DNA from: Takakia lepidozioides
Lineage: Eukaryota; Plantae; Bryophyta
NCBI GenBank assembly: GCA_030704615.1
Contig: CM060731.1
Location: forward strand, 86,924,001-86,988,000
Reading direction: 5' to 3'
Length of the DNA: 64,000 nucleotides
Numbering within the stretch: the first letter of the stretch is position 1; every line of letters starts with the position of its first letter. The position numbers were made by a program, and so were the translations under genes. The notes beneath the pieces were generated by a model. It was not told the DNA's origin and did no database searches. It saw nothing but the letters and a program-made list of their open reading frames with translations. Positions 38,138 to 51,520 of this stretch are shown here, in pieces.

Positions 38138-38860
38138 TGTTACAGGGCTGTCTGGGACTTAGACAGTTTTACGGGTTCTGTGGGGTACCCTTAATTTTGC
38201 ACAGGCCTTAAGGTGTGGCAGACTCAGACCAGCACAGGCCTTAGGGTGGCAGACACAGGCTCACACAGTCAGCAGTCACAGGCTTATACAACCTGTCACA
38301 GCATGTCACAGTTCGTCACAGCTTGACATAGCACACAGTCGACACAGTCTGTCACAGCACTAAACGTCATAGCCAGTCACAGCCCGTCACAGTGTCACAC
38401 AGGTCACAGCTTGACACATGGAGCGGTTATCACAGGAGGGAACGAGTGTGCGGGAACGTCATCAACAGAGGGAACGGCAGTTCTTACGAACTATCTTGGC
38501 TGGCAGTTAGTTAGTTAGTTAAGCGGTTAGAACAGCTTGCAGACACATTATGCAGGGTAGCTACATGGAGGGGATCACTTCTTGGAGGAGGATCTTGGAG
38601 CACAGGGACGAGAGAGCACACGGAGGAGGAGAGACGATCTGTTGTAGCTTGATACATGCAAGCTGTAGAGATGTATTGTAGGGCAGAATAGAGACACCAT
38701 GGCTTCGGCCTGACACATGATAGATATTAATACGATACCTATTTTATACTCACACTGTGTAGAGAGACCTGAGTGAAGCTGTGGAATGAATGCTTAAGTA
38801 GATGGAACACGGCAGATTGCAGAAGCAATCCGATACTTAATCATAGGCAGTAGGGTAACT
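38138..38860 (+). mobile_element. LTR-like repeat with CACAG repeats (copy 2)
   Basis: TGTTACAGGGCTGTCTGGGACTTAGACA...; colinear with 29708-30547. Confidence 0.55.
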
Positions 38861-40984
38861 GGGGATTGCAAATCCATGAGCATGAGCGGTGAGCGCATGA
38901 GCATGAGCAAAGGTTCCCGATCCTCGCCCGAACCTACACCGAACCACCTCGAAGGTGAAGGTCGGCAACCAAAACTGCCGACTTCATGCATCTTGGTAAC
39001 AGTCCACGGAAATAGGAGGTGGAACGCCTATGACCGTGGCCTGCAGGTGAGGTGTTATAGTCGCCATAGACTATAGCACCACATTCGTTATTGGGGGGGG
39101 TCCGTAGGGCAATATTGGGTGTTATGGTTGCCACCAACTATATCATCCCCACTAAAAGCTGGATCTGTATAAAAATGACAACTAACCCAGGTAGATGGGG
39201 GAGGTTGAAGGAAGCAGTGTATGCGTTGTCTCTTTTTGGACTAATACTTCTCTAGTCCCTTAATTTGTGACAGACACAACAGTCTATTGAACTAAGGTTG
39301 GATAAGTTAGGTAAGAATTTATTATTTACGCATGGTGTGTGAGGTTTAGTGATAGATTTAGTTGAATGGAGCAGAACATATTCTCATTTTAGGTTGGGAG
39401 GGATGGTTATTATTGTGCTTATAACTTTGTATGTCTGTTGTAAGGTCTTGACCATGTTTGTTCAACATAGGAGTGGTTTGTGTGCATAGTAGTACAAAGT
39501 AAAAAGCTATTTGTTCTTGAAATGGACACACATGAAGTGTGGTTGTCTGTGAGGGAAATAGTGTGCACATGGAGTGTCAAATTTTGTGGCATAGCTGTTG
39601 TCATGTCATGGCAACGGTCTTCACAATATGAGCAGACCAGTGATTGACTCATTTGGATATTTGTCGAAGGTCCTTTATGGCTTCAGCAGACCAGGGCTCA
39701 GCACTCCAAGAATTCCAAACTTTGCTTCAACACTTGATTGCCGTTCTGACTCCTCCCATAGCTCAGTATCCACGAGTTTGTTATGTGCCAGTGATTACAA
39801 AAGCTGGAGATAAAAAATGTAGGATAAACCTAGGCAATCCCTCGTCTGAGGTCAAGCAAGCACCATCTTGGGACTACCTAGGTCTCACCAACCTTTGTTC
39901 TCAACCCTCCCTTTCTGCTTGTAATCTGGGTAGTTGCATCTGCAGACCTCATTGCGGACGTCCCATGAAGACTGACTATCCCGAGTTTACCCTCAGATGG
40001 TTCATCTAACATATATGAAAGGCATGGAAATGAAGACAATGATGCGCGTTCGAAGGCTTCTCAATGGTTGCTAACTTTTGTACTCCAACTATCTACAGAA
40101 ACCCATTTGGAAGCACACTCCAAACCAGAATCTTGCTTTCACCAAGATGCTTTGTACACCCTTCTTTTGTGAAACCAACATTCGTGGTGATGATGATGCG
40201 CAACTAGAGGCTTCCACACCGGGCTGAAGCACCCTTCTCAACGTGCAATTTGGACAAGATAGACTATATTAGCCCCCGCGAAAACACATTTAGAGGGAAA
40301 AAATGATTCAAAGTTCCCTTCAGCCAAATAGCGTGCTCACTCCTTCATGAAACCATGACATTTCACCAAGCAGGTCGGCGATGCATTTGAAGAGCTGTGT
40401 ATGTGCCATGTCTGCATAACCATTTTGAAAAACAAAATGATATAATATATCATGAGATATAAAAAATTGATGGTACTATAAATGAGAGTAATCACATGAA
40501 GTTAAATGAAAGACTTTTTAACTTGGTTTGCTAGAGTACCACGAAGAAGGATATGCCTACGTGGAGGGTGCAAAGTACATATTAAGTAGCAAATAACTAC
40601 GACTCATGCAACTCCGTGTCATTTCGATCAGCTTCAGGTCATTGTCTTTGTGAGCTTTGTTTGTAGAATGTGAAGGGGTTTGCAGAGTTAGGATAGTTCA
40701 GTAGAGGGAAACATATATGGTCTCAATGGAATTCAACTACCAATTACATAATGTCCGAAGAAGACCACTTGGCAATCCACGCATAGACCCACCCTCGCTG
40801 GGTAGTTGGCACCGACTTCATATTTAACAATCATTTCTGCGTTCTGTCGCAACGACAAACTTAAAAACTACAAATGCCCAAGAGAAAATAAATTACTTCA
40901 TGCAAACATATTGGTTCTTTGAACTCATCCATGTTCATTAGAGAGGTAAATAGTTTTAAGAAAATAGTAATAATAATAATGAAT

Positions 40985-41492
40985 CTATTAGTCGGCGTCG
41001 ACTTATCTTCGACTATAAAAAATCAGTTTGGGTTTAAGTTCATCAGAGAATGGGAAATAAAAAAGAAAAGAAAATCAAAAAACTATTTGTCGGCGCCGAC
41101 TTATCTTCAACTATGAACACAAAATAACAGTTTGAATTTAAAGTCGGTACCGACTTTAACAATGGGAGAGAAAAAAAAAAAAACAAAAAACTATTAGTCG
41201 GCGCCGACTTATCTTCAACTATGAACGCAAAATAACAGTTTGGATTTAAAGTCGGCACCGACTTTAACGATGGGAGGGAAATAAAACAAAAAAAACTATT
41301 AGTCGGCGCCGACTTATCTTCAACTATGAACGCAAAATAACAGTTTGGATTTAAAGTCGGCACCGACTTTAACGATGGGAGGGAAATAAAACAAAAAAAA
41401 CTATTAGTCGGCGCCGACTTATCTTCGACTATGAACACAAAAATCAGTTTGGGTTTAAAGTCGGCACCGACTTTAACCAAGGGAGCCAATAA

Positions 41493-41525
<33 letters not shown>

Positions 41526-42445
41526 TATTAGTCGGCGCCGACCTATCCTCGATTATGAACCCCAAAAATCAACTTAGGTTTAAAGTCGGCACCGACTTTA
41601 ACCAAAGGAGCCAAAAAAAGAATTAATAAATTAATAAAAACTATTAGTTGGCGCCGACTTATCCTCGATTATGAACTGGAAAAATCAGCTTGGGTCTAAA
41701 GTCGGCACCGACTTTTAACCAAAGGAGCAAAGAAAAAAGTAAAAAGTAAAAAACTAGTAGTCGGCGCCGACTTATCCTCGATTATGAACACAGCTTGGGT
41801 TTAAAGTCGGCACCGACTTTAACGATGGGAACTTTACACCCATGAGCATGAGCAAAAATATTCATGAGCAAAGATAAAAACAACATTATTTGGATGAAAT
41901 ATAGTATTTGCTCTAGAATCTTGATTTAGTCGGCGCCGACTTATAGGTTTTTCCTTAAAAAAAGAAAAAAAAACTGATTTTTTGTGTTCAAACTTGAATA
42001 AGTCGGCGCTGATTTATAGTTTGTTTGTTTTTTTTTTTTTTTCGGTTTTTTTCTCCCATCGTTAAAGTCGGTGCCGACTTTAAACCCACACCGATTTTTT
42101 GTGTTCATAGTCGAAGATAAGGTCGGCGCCGACTTATATTTTTTTTTCCTTTTTTTTTCCTTTTTTTTCTCCCATCGTTAAAGCCGGTGCCGACTTTAAA
42201 CCCACACTGATTTTTTCTGTTCATAGTCGAAGATAAGTCGGTGCCGACTTATAGGTTTTTCTCTTTCTTTCTTTCTTTCTTTCTTTCCCTCCCTTTGATA
42301 AACTGTAACCCAAACTGATTTGTATATTCCTAGTCGAATATAAGTCGGCACAGACTTCTAATTTATTTAGTTTAATATTTTGTTTTTGCTTCTGATGAAC
42401 TTAAACCCAAACTGATTTTTTGTGTTCATAATCGGAGATAAGTCT
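40985..42445. repeat. ~105-120-bp tandem array containing AGTCGGCGCCGACT / AAAGTCGGCACCGACTTT palindromes; orientation flips near 41920
   Basis: About 8 direct units followed by about 4 inverted units; (TAA)n at about 41495-41523. One unit is split by the MITE at 42450 and resumes at 43585. Confidence 0.9.
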
Positions 42446-42449
42446 GCAC

Positions 42450-43584
42450 CATTGTTGGACATACCAGACTGGTCCTGGTACCAGCCCTGTCACAAAACTT
42501 TCATACCAGTCTGCTCTATACAATGGTGGATGTATTTTTTCCCAGATAGTGGTATGAGTATGAGTATCATGACTACAATACCAGCTGGTATGAGATATCA
42601 ATTCTGGTATCATTCCAAAGCCATTTGACTTACAAGTTTATCAAATATCAAGTGAAAACAAATATAATAAATATAAAGTAAATATAAATAAATACATGTA
42701 TGTACACATAAACTAGTATAGTACACATACCAGAGTAAATGAGGAAGACGACCGGGGGTACTCCAATATTGTAGCTGGTATGAGAAAACGGATACTAGCT
42801 TGGTCTGGTATATGACCTGGTATTGTAGAACTTAAGGCCAGGCTGGTGTGGTCCAGTGTTGGACTGGTATGTCCATTTTTTAATACCAGACTGGTCCTGG
42901 TATGAAGGGTCCCACCCCTTTTTCATACCAGGCTGGTATAGGTATCTATACAGGTATGAGCAACTTGGGTATGAATCTGGTATGAGTAGTTGTACTTTGG
43001 GTTGTATATGAGTATGGTACTGGTATTGCCCTTTCTCTGTAGTGATACTGGGGGGGGGTATGAGCACTGGTATGGTATTTCTGTAGCTCACCATACATAG
43101 AAATAAATGTCATTTAGCACATAGCTAATTTCAATCCAAGCCCTGGAACACTAGGCAAAAAAAGATAACACCAAAGTCGCACGAAACAGCAAATGAAGTC
43201 CTAAATGGCAACATGGAGCCTTGAAATAACCAAATTGTAGTACAGGGTATAACTAGCTGCACTAACATATACTCATACCTACCTCCATTCGCCATGAACT
43301 CACTGCAATATTGGTATCGGGACCATGCTATTCCTCCATATACCCAGACTGGTATGGTATGTGTGCGGGGAATCCTAAAGACATACTCCCCCCAGTACGT
43401 GTATCACATGGGTACACTGGTTCTTTCATACCCGACTGGTATGTTCTTCAATATATATATTCATACCTGTATTCCATACCTAGGTTAAACCAGGTATACT
43501 AGTCCAACACTGGTGTGGTCCCTGATAATAGGGTTGATACCAGCGTTAATACTCGGGTCTGATACCCATACCAGACCAACACTG
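42450..43584. mobile_element. Non-autonomous hAT-type MITE
   Basis: TIR CA(T/G)TGTTGG...CCAACACTG. 8-bp TSD GTCTGCAC (42442-42449) / GTCGGCAC (43585-43592). Interior rich in CATACC/GGTATG. Confidence 0.8.
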
Positions 43585-45363
43585 GTCGGCACCGACTTAT
43601 AATTTGCTTATTTCAATGAGTCTAGGATTAATATTGTGTCCATTATTAGCTATGTAGTTGGTTCTGAGTCTAGAATTGCAGCGACAAACTTGCATTTACG
43701 GTAGTAACATCAATCAGTCCGCTGGGACATCTCCTGTCGCGCACCTCACTTCGGTAAGCTCCCATTCAAGTCATAGTTACTCGCTTCGATGCGCGCGCCT
43801 AACTCCCAACCTGGCCGCCGGGCCAACTCGGAGCTTCGGCTGCTCAACGGGACATAACGGTCCCCCTTCTATCCCCCAACAGACCCTCCACCAATTTGGG
43901 CCTAGTGGAAATTCCCTTTGGTAGATGGCGGTCCGGAATAGCTCCCCACTTCTTGGTCGCTTTCCGGCTCGCTCACTTACTCACTAGTTTTTGGTCATCA
44001 ACGGGCTTGCACCGTTCTCGGGGTTACTACTCCCTATATATACTTCTGTGATTGTCCGCGGGGGTTTCACAAACAACCATGCCATTTTATGGCGAACCAC
44101 CACGAAGACCCTCGATTCCCGGTGATGAGTCACGGTGAGTCTTGGCCCACCCACCACGGCCCCATTGGACCGTGATGAGTCCCAAGACTCCCCACGACTC
44201 CCACCACAAGGTCTCCGCCCCATGGTGAGTCCTATGCCACCCCTACTAAGTCCCACTAAGCTACCACCACCCCTTGTGGAGCCACCCCCATCGCAACCCG
44301 GTGTGCGGGGCTCCACCTAGTGAGCGCCTCCGCCTCCTTGAGTGCCTTGGGCACTCAAGGGTGCTTTAGCCCCCCGTACCTATTGCTGCCACTGCCCCCA
44401 CCACAGGGGCAGCGCCTCCTGCGTCCTGACTCCCTACCCTCAAGGCAAAGGGCTGCGACACACACCCCCACCAACAGGGAGTCGATGTCCTCATCGACTT
44501 GTCCATTTTGTAGAAACGAACATCCAAGTTGTGGCGTCCCACATCAAGGAGTTTGTTTCCGTACCATGGCGTCCCATGGCAAAGAACAAACCCACACTTG
44601 ACTCTACTCTCCACTAGCTAGTTCGGCCGACTTCCTCCAATTCCCGGTCAAGGGTGGAGCCTCTCGAGCTCCTCCCAGTGTACTCTTATTGGCCTACTTC
44701 AAGGCCAAGGAACGATCCTCCCCGAGGATCGAATCGCCTTACTGCAACAACATTGCTTGCGACCGCTCATGATGTCGTTTTTGGCATCACCTTGAGCAAG
44801 GGTTCACCTTGAACCCTTTTTGACTAGGAAGATAACCTTGGACTAACCATGCGTCCCAATCACTACAATTGGGTCCGCCTTGGAATGTTGGCCTGAAGTA
44901 TGGGAACACGCCGAAGCCGCACTACGACTTTGTCCTGAGGCTACACGATTATAGTACGTGAACGGAAGCACGTAGCTTCCGTGTTAGCCCGCACTACAAG
45001 ACAACCCCCTCGGTAGCGCAGCTATAGTACGCGCACGCGCCAGGTGCGCACTAGCACGTGAACTCCCAAGGAAGGTGCAAGTTTCCTTGCCCCTTGGATG
45101 AGAGTCACCCGATTTCGGCACTACGCAAACACACGATTAATCCAATTTACCTCTCCCACTTTTGTAAGCTAGCATGCATTCTACACACTAGCCAACCATA
45201 CCATGCATCACCATTCCAAACAAAATAGGACGCACAACATTTGAAAACCATTTCATTTATAACAAAATTTGTACAATACAAGTTTTTGCAATCGGATTCC
45301 TGAGTTAGCTAAGCCGGGCTAAGCATGCATTTCCTCCCCCATGATCCAAGGTTGATGTCCCCA

Positions 45364-48300
45364 TCAACATTTCTTCCGCTTTTGAGGTCGCCCTTCAAAA
45401 GCTGCAACCGCCTCGGATGCGTTTCCCATTTCTGAGGCACGCACCCAAGATGCCTCCACATGATGATAGCCCTTCCATTTCACGAGATACTCCGTTTCTC
45501 AATTCTTGAACCTCCTCGACTTAAGCACTGCTTCCACCTCGTACTCAGGTTCATTTTCATGATCCAACAGCACAGGTGGCGGACGCAACACTTGATGCCG
45601 ATTCGGACGCGCTTCATCTTTGAAGTAAGGCTTCAAAAGGGAGACGTGGAATACCGGATGCACCTTGTTGTTTGCCGGCAGCTCCAATTCATGCACATCC
45701 TCATTCATAACTTTTCGGATGCGAAAGGGTCCCGCATACGGAGGTACGAACTTCGTACTCACTTCGGGAGGTAGTCGGAAATTCTTGATATTCAACCAGA
45801 CCTCCGTGCCTGCCTCAAACGTAACTTCCCTCCGCTTCCGATTCACCTGCCGTTCATACCGTTTCCTAGCTTTGGCAATGTTGTACTTTGCGAGCTTCAA
45901 CAAACGCTCGCGTTCTTCCAGCAACACTGTTGCTGCCGGTTCCTCAACGTCTTGGGCGGCCCAACTTGTCGGCACCAGAGGTGCTTTTCCATAGACCAAT
46001 ACGAAAGGGGAAACTCCCGTTGCAGAGTGTTTTGTGTTATTATAACAGAACTCTGCCACATCCAAGTGCTCCACCCAGTCCGATTGGTCTGCCGACACGT
46101 AATTCCGCAGGATCTGCTTCACCATGGAATTCACCCTTTCTGTTTGGCCATCCGTCGTAGGTCGGAAGGCGGTGCTCATCTTGAGCCTTGTCCCCATTTT
46201 CTTCCAAAGTGCCCTCCAAAATTTACTCGTAAATTTTGGATCGCGGTCCGAGACAATATCCTTCGGGAGTCCATGATGCTTGAAGACGTGGGCAAAATAA
46301 AGTCGTCCCATCTCCTGCGCCGTTGCCGTCTCCTTGGTGGGGATGACATGGCCCATTTTACTGAACCTATCCACCACCACCATGATTGCATCGAATCCTT
46401 TTGACAGCGGCATAGCAGTCATGAAATCCATCGAGACAATTTCCCAAGACCCTTCTGGAATCGGCAAGCGTTGTAACAGTTCCGCTTGCTTTTTGTACTC
46501 GCTCCGGTTTTGTTGGCATGTGGTGCATGACTTGACATACTCCTCGGCCTCCTCCCTCAGTTTGGGCCAGAAATACTCTTTCTTCAAGAGTGCCACGGTG
46601 CGCTTGGCTCCGCCATGGCCCGCAAGCGGACCATCATGACATTCTCTCAAGAGACTATCTCTGATCCCTCCCTTCGGCACGTAGAGACGCTTTTGCTTGT
46701 ACCGGAGCAGTCCATTTTGCAAGTGGAACTTTGATTTAACCCCCATCCTCAAGTCCCGACTTTGCCATCTCATTCTTTCGTTAAGCCTTCCAGATCTTCC
46801 TTTGGAACGCCGTCTCGCCCCTGTACACCAACAAGAGCTGCTACTTTCTACTTAAAGCATCGGCCACCACATTGTCCCGTCCCGGTTTGTACTGGATATC
46901 CACGTCGAACACCGCCAAAGTATCTTGCCACCTAAGTTGTTTTGGGGACAACTTAGGCTGCGTGGCAAAATACTTCACCGTGACATTGTCCGTGAATACC
47001 TTCACCGGGTTGGAACCAATATAGTGGCGCCAAAGCTCAAGGCAATGCACCACTGCCTTCATTTCTTTCTCATGCGTAGGCCACCGTCGTTCCACTTCAT
47101 TCAGTTTCTTACTTTCGTAAGTCATTGGATGTCCATCCTGCATGAGTACACCCCCTATTGCGAAGTCTGACGCATCCGTATGAATCTCAAATGGACGGTC
47201 GAACTCCGGGATTTTGAGGACTGGAGCTTCCGCCATCCGCTGCTTCAACTCGACAAAAGCTTGGCCACAAAAGGTGTTCCGTACCCAGACTTTGGATTTA
47301 CACAGAAGGTCTGACAGCGGCCCCGCGATCTTGGCGAAATTTCTCACATACTTCCGGTAATAGGAGGCGAGTCCTATGAAGCAAGATCGCTCTCACCTTC
47401 CTGTCATCCATTTTGATCCCATCATGTGTAATCACATGCCCCATGAACTTCACTTTTGTGACCCCGAATTCGCACTTTGAAGCTTTGGCATACAGCTTCC
47501 CTTCCCGCAATTTCTGGAACACCCTTTTGAGGTGCTCTAGGTGCTCTTCCTTTGTTTTCGAGTACAACAATATGTTGTCGATGTATACGATCACAAAGTC
47601 ATCCAACCACTCCTGGAAAAGACTGTTCATTAGCGTGCTAAAGGTCGCGGGTGCGTTGGTGAGCCCAAAAGGCATCACCAAGAAATCATACGAACCATAT
47701 CTTGTCCTGCACGCGGTCTTCTCCTCATCTCCTTCTGTCACTCAGATCTGATGATACCCAGAGCGCAAATTGATCCGGCTGAAATACTTTGCTCCTGCCA
47801 AGTGATCGAAGAGGTCGTCGATCCTTGGCAAAGGGTACTGGTTCTTGATAGTCATCTTATTCAAGGCCCTGTAATCGACACACATCCGCAGCGTCCCATC
47901 CTTCTTGTCTGCGAATAGCATCGGGGCTCCGTAAGGTGACTTACTTGGCCGGATGTACCCCTTTGACATTAGATCCTTGAGCTGAGTCTTCAGCTCGACC
48001 AATTCTCTGTGACTCAACCGGTAGGGCGCCTTGGCAGGCGGTTCCGATCCCGGTATCACCTCAATCTTGTGGTCAACTCCCCTTCGCGGTGGCAAGCCGC
48101 TTGGTAAATCCTCCGGCATCACATCCTGGTATTTCTCCAAGATCCCCTTGATCCAATCTGGGCTCGGCTCCCCATCGCCTTCTCCTTTCACTTGTCTTAC
48201 GTAAAGCAAAAACTGGGGCTCCTCCACGGCCCACTCCCTTGCTGACAGAAGGTTTATTCGCCCTCCCACGGGTTTGGACGTTTCCGACACTCGTAAAACT

Positions 48301-49628
48301 TCGCCACCATTCCCACACGACAGCGTGACTACTCTTTTGCGGCCATCTATGACCGCTCTGGATTTGCTCAAAAAGGTCATCCCCAAAATGAGATCCACTC
48401 CATCGATCTCGCAAATGGTGAAGTTCTCACGTCCCTCCCAACTCCCCAATTGAAGAGGAACATCGAACGCCAACCTCGTCGCCAATTGTGGTTCTTCTTT
48501 GGCAGAACACACCTCAATAGAGGCCCCCATGTCACTTGTCGGGAGCCCCAACTTTCGTGCCGTTGCCGGTGTCATGAAGGAGTGCGACGCTCCTGTGTCC
48601 ACCAACAACGACACGTTAGTTCTGGAAATTATCCCATCCACGAACAATAACTGACTTCCTTTACGTAGGGCGCCAGTTTCCTGATACAACTCACAAGAGT
48701 AGTTGCCTACCTTGCAAGTCTTGGCGACCACCGCTTCCACCAAGCGGCTGATGGACTCTTCCGACAGCTCTGTGGTCGCCCGAGTCATGTTCAATTGTCG
48801 GGGCTTTGCGCACTTCTTAGCCATGTGCCCGGGCTCCCCGCAATTAAAGCACACTCCATCGAAGGTCGCCTTTTGTCCGCCATAAGGCGCCGCACCTGAT
48901 TTTCCTTTCGGAGCACCGGGTGTCGTCTTGGCGTGTGAAGGCCCTCGTGCCATTGTCGCTGCGTGGCCTATCCCACTTCTTCACCCTCCCGCCGGGTCTT
49001 CTTGTGGTTAAGCTCCGTACGGCCTTGTCTTTCGCCCCTAGGGACATCCAAGAAGCATTCAGCCCTCTCAATTGCCTCGTTCAAAGTTTTAGGTGGCTTC
49101 TCCTCCAACTTCCGCCTGGCCCATGGGGCCAGTCCCACCACAAAGTTGAAGACCATTTCTGGTTCTGCCATGTCCGCGACTTTGAGCAACAGCACATTGA
49201 AAGCCTGAACATATCCCCGAATGTCATCTGTTTGCTTCAAATTCCTCATCTTATCCCGGGCGAGCTAGGACGCATTGAGGGGCACAAACTGTCTCTTCAT
49301 CAGTTCCTTGAACCCACTCCAGTTCAAGGTTTCCGGGTTTGGACCTCGGTCGTGAAGGCGTTTCTGCCACCATTGTTGAGCATATCCCCTTAAATAGGTG
49401 GGAGCCACTTCCACCCAATCCTCGTCACTCAACTTGGCCGCCCGGAAGTACTGCTCTAGCTCCAAGAGCCAGGTGTTGAGTGACTTCCGATTTCGGACGC
49501 CCTCGAAGGTGCCGGGTTCCTTAGGCTTCACCTTAAACTCCGCTTCGGTGACATGTCGCCCCCATCGGGCTCACCAGGATAATCATTTTTCGGGCTGTTC
49601 CGCTTTCGCTTTGGCTTGCCCGACCCCA
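45364..49628 (-). pseudogene. gag-pol (gag, CCHC knuckle, protease, RT, RNase H, integrase, chromodomain), decayed
   Basis: [14 protein letters not shown]; [11 protein letters not shown]; [11 protein letters not shown]; MPFGLTNAPATF; YIDNIL (catalytic D to N); HTDASD; SMDF..VSDRD..TDGQTER; HPVFHVSLLK; YEVEAVL..YLVKWKGY. Stops and frameshifts present. Confidence 0.93.
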
Positions 49629-49670
49629 TGATGAGGCCGAACCCAAGGACGATCGCGTACTGAACTCTAA

Positions 49671-49682
49671 GCTCTGATACCA
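49671..49682 (-). promoter_or_regulatory. Primer-binding site (tRNA-iMet)
   Basis: TGGTATCAGAGC on the minus strand, 2 nt after the 5' LTR. Confidence 0.9.
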
Positions 49683-50542
49683 AGTGTCGCGCACCTCACC
49701 TCACTTCGGTAAGCTCCCCTTCAAGTCATAGTTACTCGCTTCGATGCGTGCGCCCAACTCCCAACCTGGCCGCCGGGCCAACTCGGAGCTTCGGCTGCTC
49801 ATCGGGACATAACGGTCCCCCTTCTCTCCCCCAACAAACCCTCCACCAATTTGGGCCTAGTGGAAATTCCCTTTGGTAAATGGCGGTCCGGAATAGCTCC
49901 CCACTTCTTGGTCGCTTTCCGGCTCGCTCGCTTACTCACTAGTTTTTGGTCACCAACGGGCTTGCACCGTTCTCGGGGTTACTACTCCCTATATATACTT
50001 CTGTGACTGTCTGCGGGGGTTTCACAAACAACCATGCCATTTTATGGCGAACCACCACGAAGACCCTCGATTCCCGGTGATGAGTCGCGGTGAGTCTTGG
50101 CCCACCCACCACGGCCCCATTGGACCATGATGAGTCCCAAGACTCCCCACGACTCCCACCACAAGGTCTCCGCCCCATGGTGAGTCCTATGCCACCCCCA
50201 CTAAGTCCCACTAAGCTACCACCACCCCTTGTGGAGCCACCCCCACCGCAACCCGGTGTGCGGGGCTCCACCTAGTGAGCGCCTCCGCCTCCTTGAGTGC
50301 CTTGGGCACTCAAGGGTGCTTCAGCCCCCCGTACCTATCGCTGCCACTGCCCCCACCACAGGGGCAGTGCCTCCTGCGTCCCGACCCCTTGCCCTCAAGG
50401 CAAAGGGCCGCGACACCTCCACAAATCGTAATAGAACTAGGTATGTTTTTTATTTGTGTAAGTCAAATACATTGTCTCCATAGGCCACTAATCTACATTA
50501 TCATGGACACTGAGCTTCTCTGTCTGACCTATCTATATGGTC

Positions 50543-50700
50543 TCAGATCCGACGCCGGCAGAGAGGGCATGATCCGTTGAGCTGCACCCATGTGTCAAAG
50601 TATGGAGTGTGGAATGAATGGAAGCACTCACTCAGTATGCATACGGACTCTCCAGCTACTGGTGTCTCCAGGAAAATTGTGCATGGTTCCAATGCCCTTG
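50543..50700 (-). pseudogene. Degenerate RING-H2 (ATL-like) finger, C-terminal
   Basis: Hand translation: CTIFLETPVAGESVCILSECFHSFHTPYFDTWVQLNGSCPLCRRRI*; two Cys ligands mutated (F, Y). Confidence 0.7.
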
Positions 50701-51520
50701 TTTCCGCCGGCACAACAGACTATCATCGAGATATGGAGTCCACCATGATTCGGAAGCAGGCCTATCCTCCCCGTCGCCCTCCACAACACGGTTGCTGCTG
50801 CTTGCATCCACATTGGCAGCGTCCATCTTAGCTAAACAGACAAAATGACTAACAACAAACTTGATTTTGAGCTGTCAACACTGTGCTTGTAATTGTTTTT
50901 TTGGCATGATATGATTGTAGTTCACAAGCTTAACGAATGCCTTCAGCCTTGACCTCTTTGCGATCTTCTTCTGTGACGCATTCTTGACGACCTGTGTAAT
51001 GGAATTGCAACTACACATCCAATTCTTGCGAAGACCTGACGCTAGCTCTGTAAAGTCATAGGCTCACGTGAGCCTGCTCACGCCGTAGCATTTCTGACTC
51101 GCATGTCACCATAGATTTGGATCACAAGTTACTTGGTACTAGAAAGCTTGATTTAGGACCAAATGACGACATTGATGAATTGCGACAGTAAGAAGTGTTG
51201 GGCGGATTGCGCTAGCAGTGGAAGATGAAAAGTTCAAGAACATAAAAATCTTTCTTCCGTGAAAAAATTGTTAATATTTATTTACCAAATGACTCTTATA
51301 TCACTGAAGTTGAACTTATTTCTAGGTAAGTAACTCCTACGCACCCTACACTTCACAGCTATTACGTCACTTACAACCTTAATCCTCAACAAAAGAAAGA
51401 TTGAAAGTGGCCAGCTTGCCATTAAGTAACTAGTTATGGTTCGGATAGAGCCCACCACCGAAAGGGGCAGTACCTGCAAAGGGAAGAGGCTCTTATTTAT
51501 GCTAGCTCCGGCTGATGTCA

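Larger units (their letters stand above)
43735..50415 (-). mobile_element. Full-length Ty3/Gypsy chromovirus LTR retrotransposon
   Basis: LTRs 43735-44460 and 49685-50415 with TGTCGC...GCGACA ends. TSD TCTCC/CCTCC (1 mismatch). PBS-Met next to the right LTR; PPT-like GGTGGGGGTGTG next to the left LTR. About 900-bp 3' UTR. Confidence 0.95.

Noticed and set aside
29708-38860. The two CACAG LTR-like repeats as paired LTRs enclosing the DNMT element
   Set aside because: They are visibly diverged, have no shared TSD or clear PBS/PPT, are separated by an assembly gap, and appear oriented opposite to the DNMT ORF. Not excluded, but unsupported.
40985-42445. CRISPR-like appearance of regularly spaced palindromes
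   Set aside because: The intervening sequences are themselves repeated rather than unique spacers; no cas genes; eukaryotic TE context.
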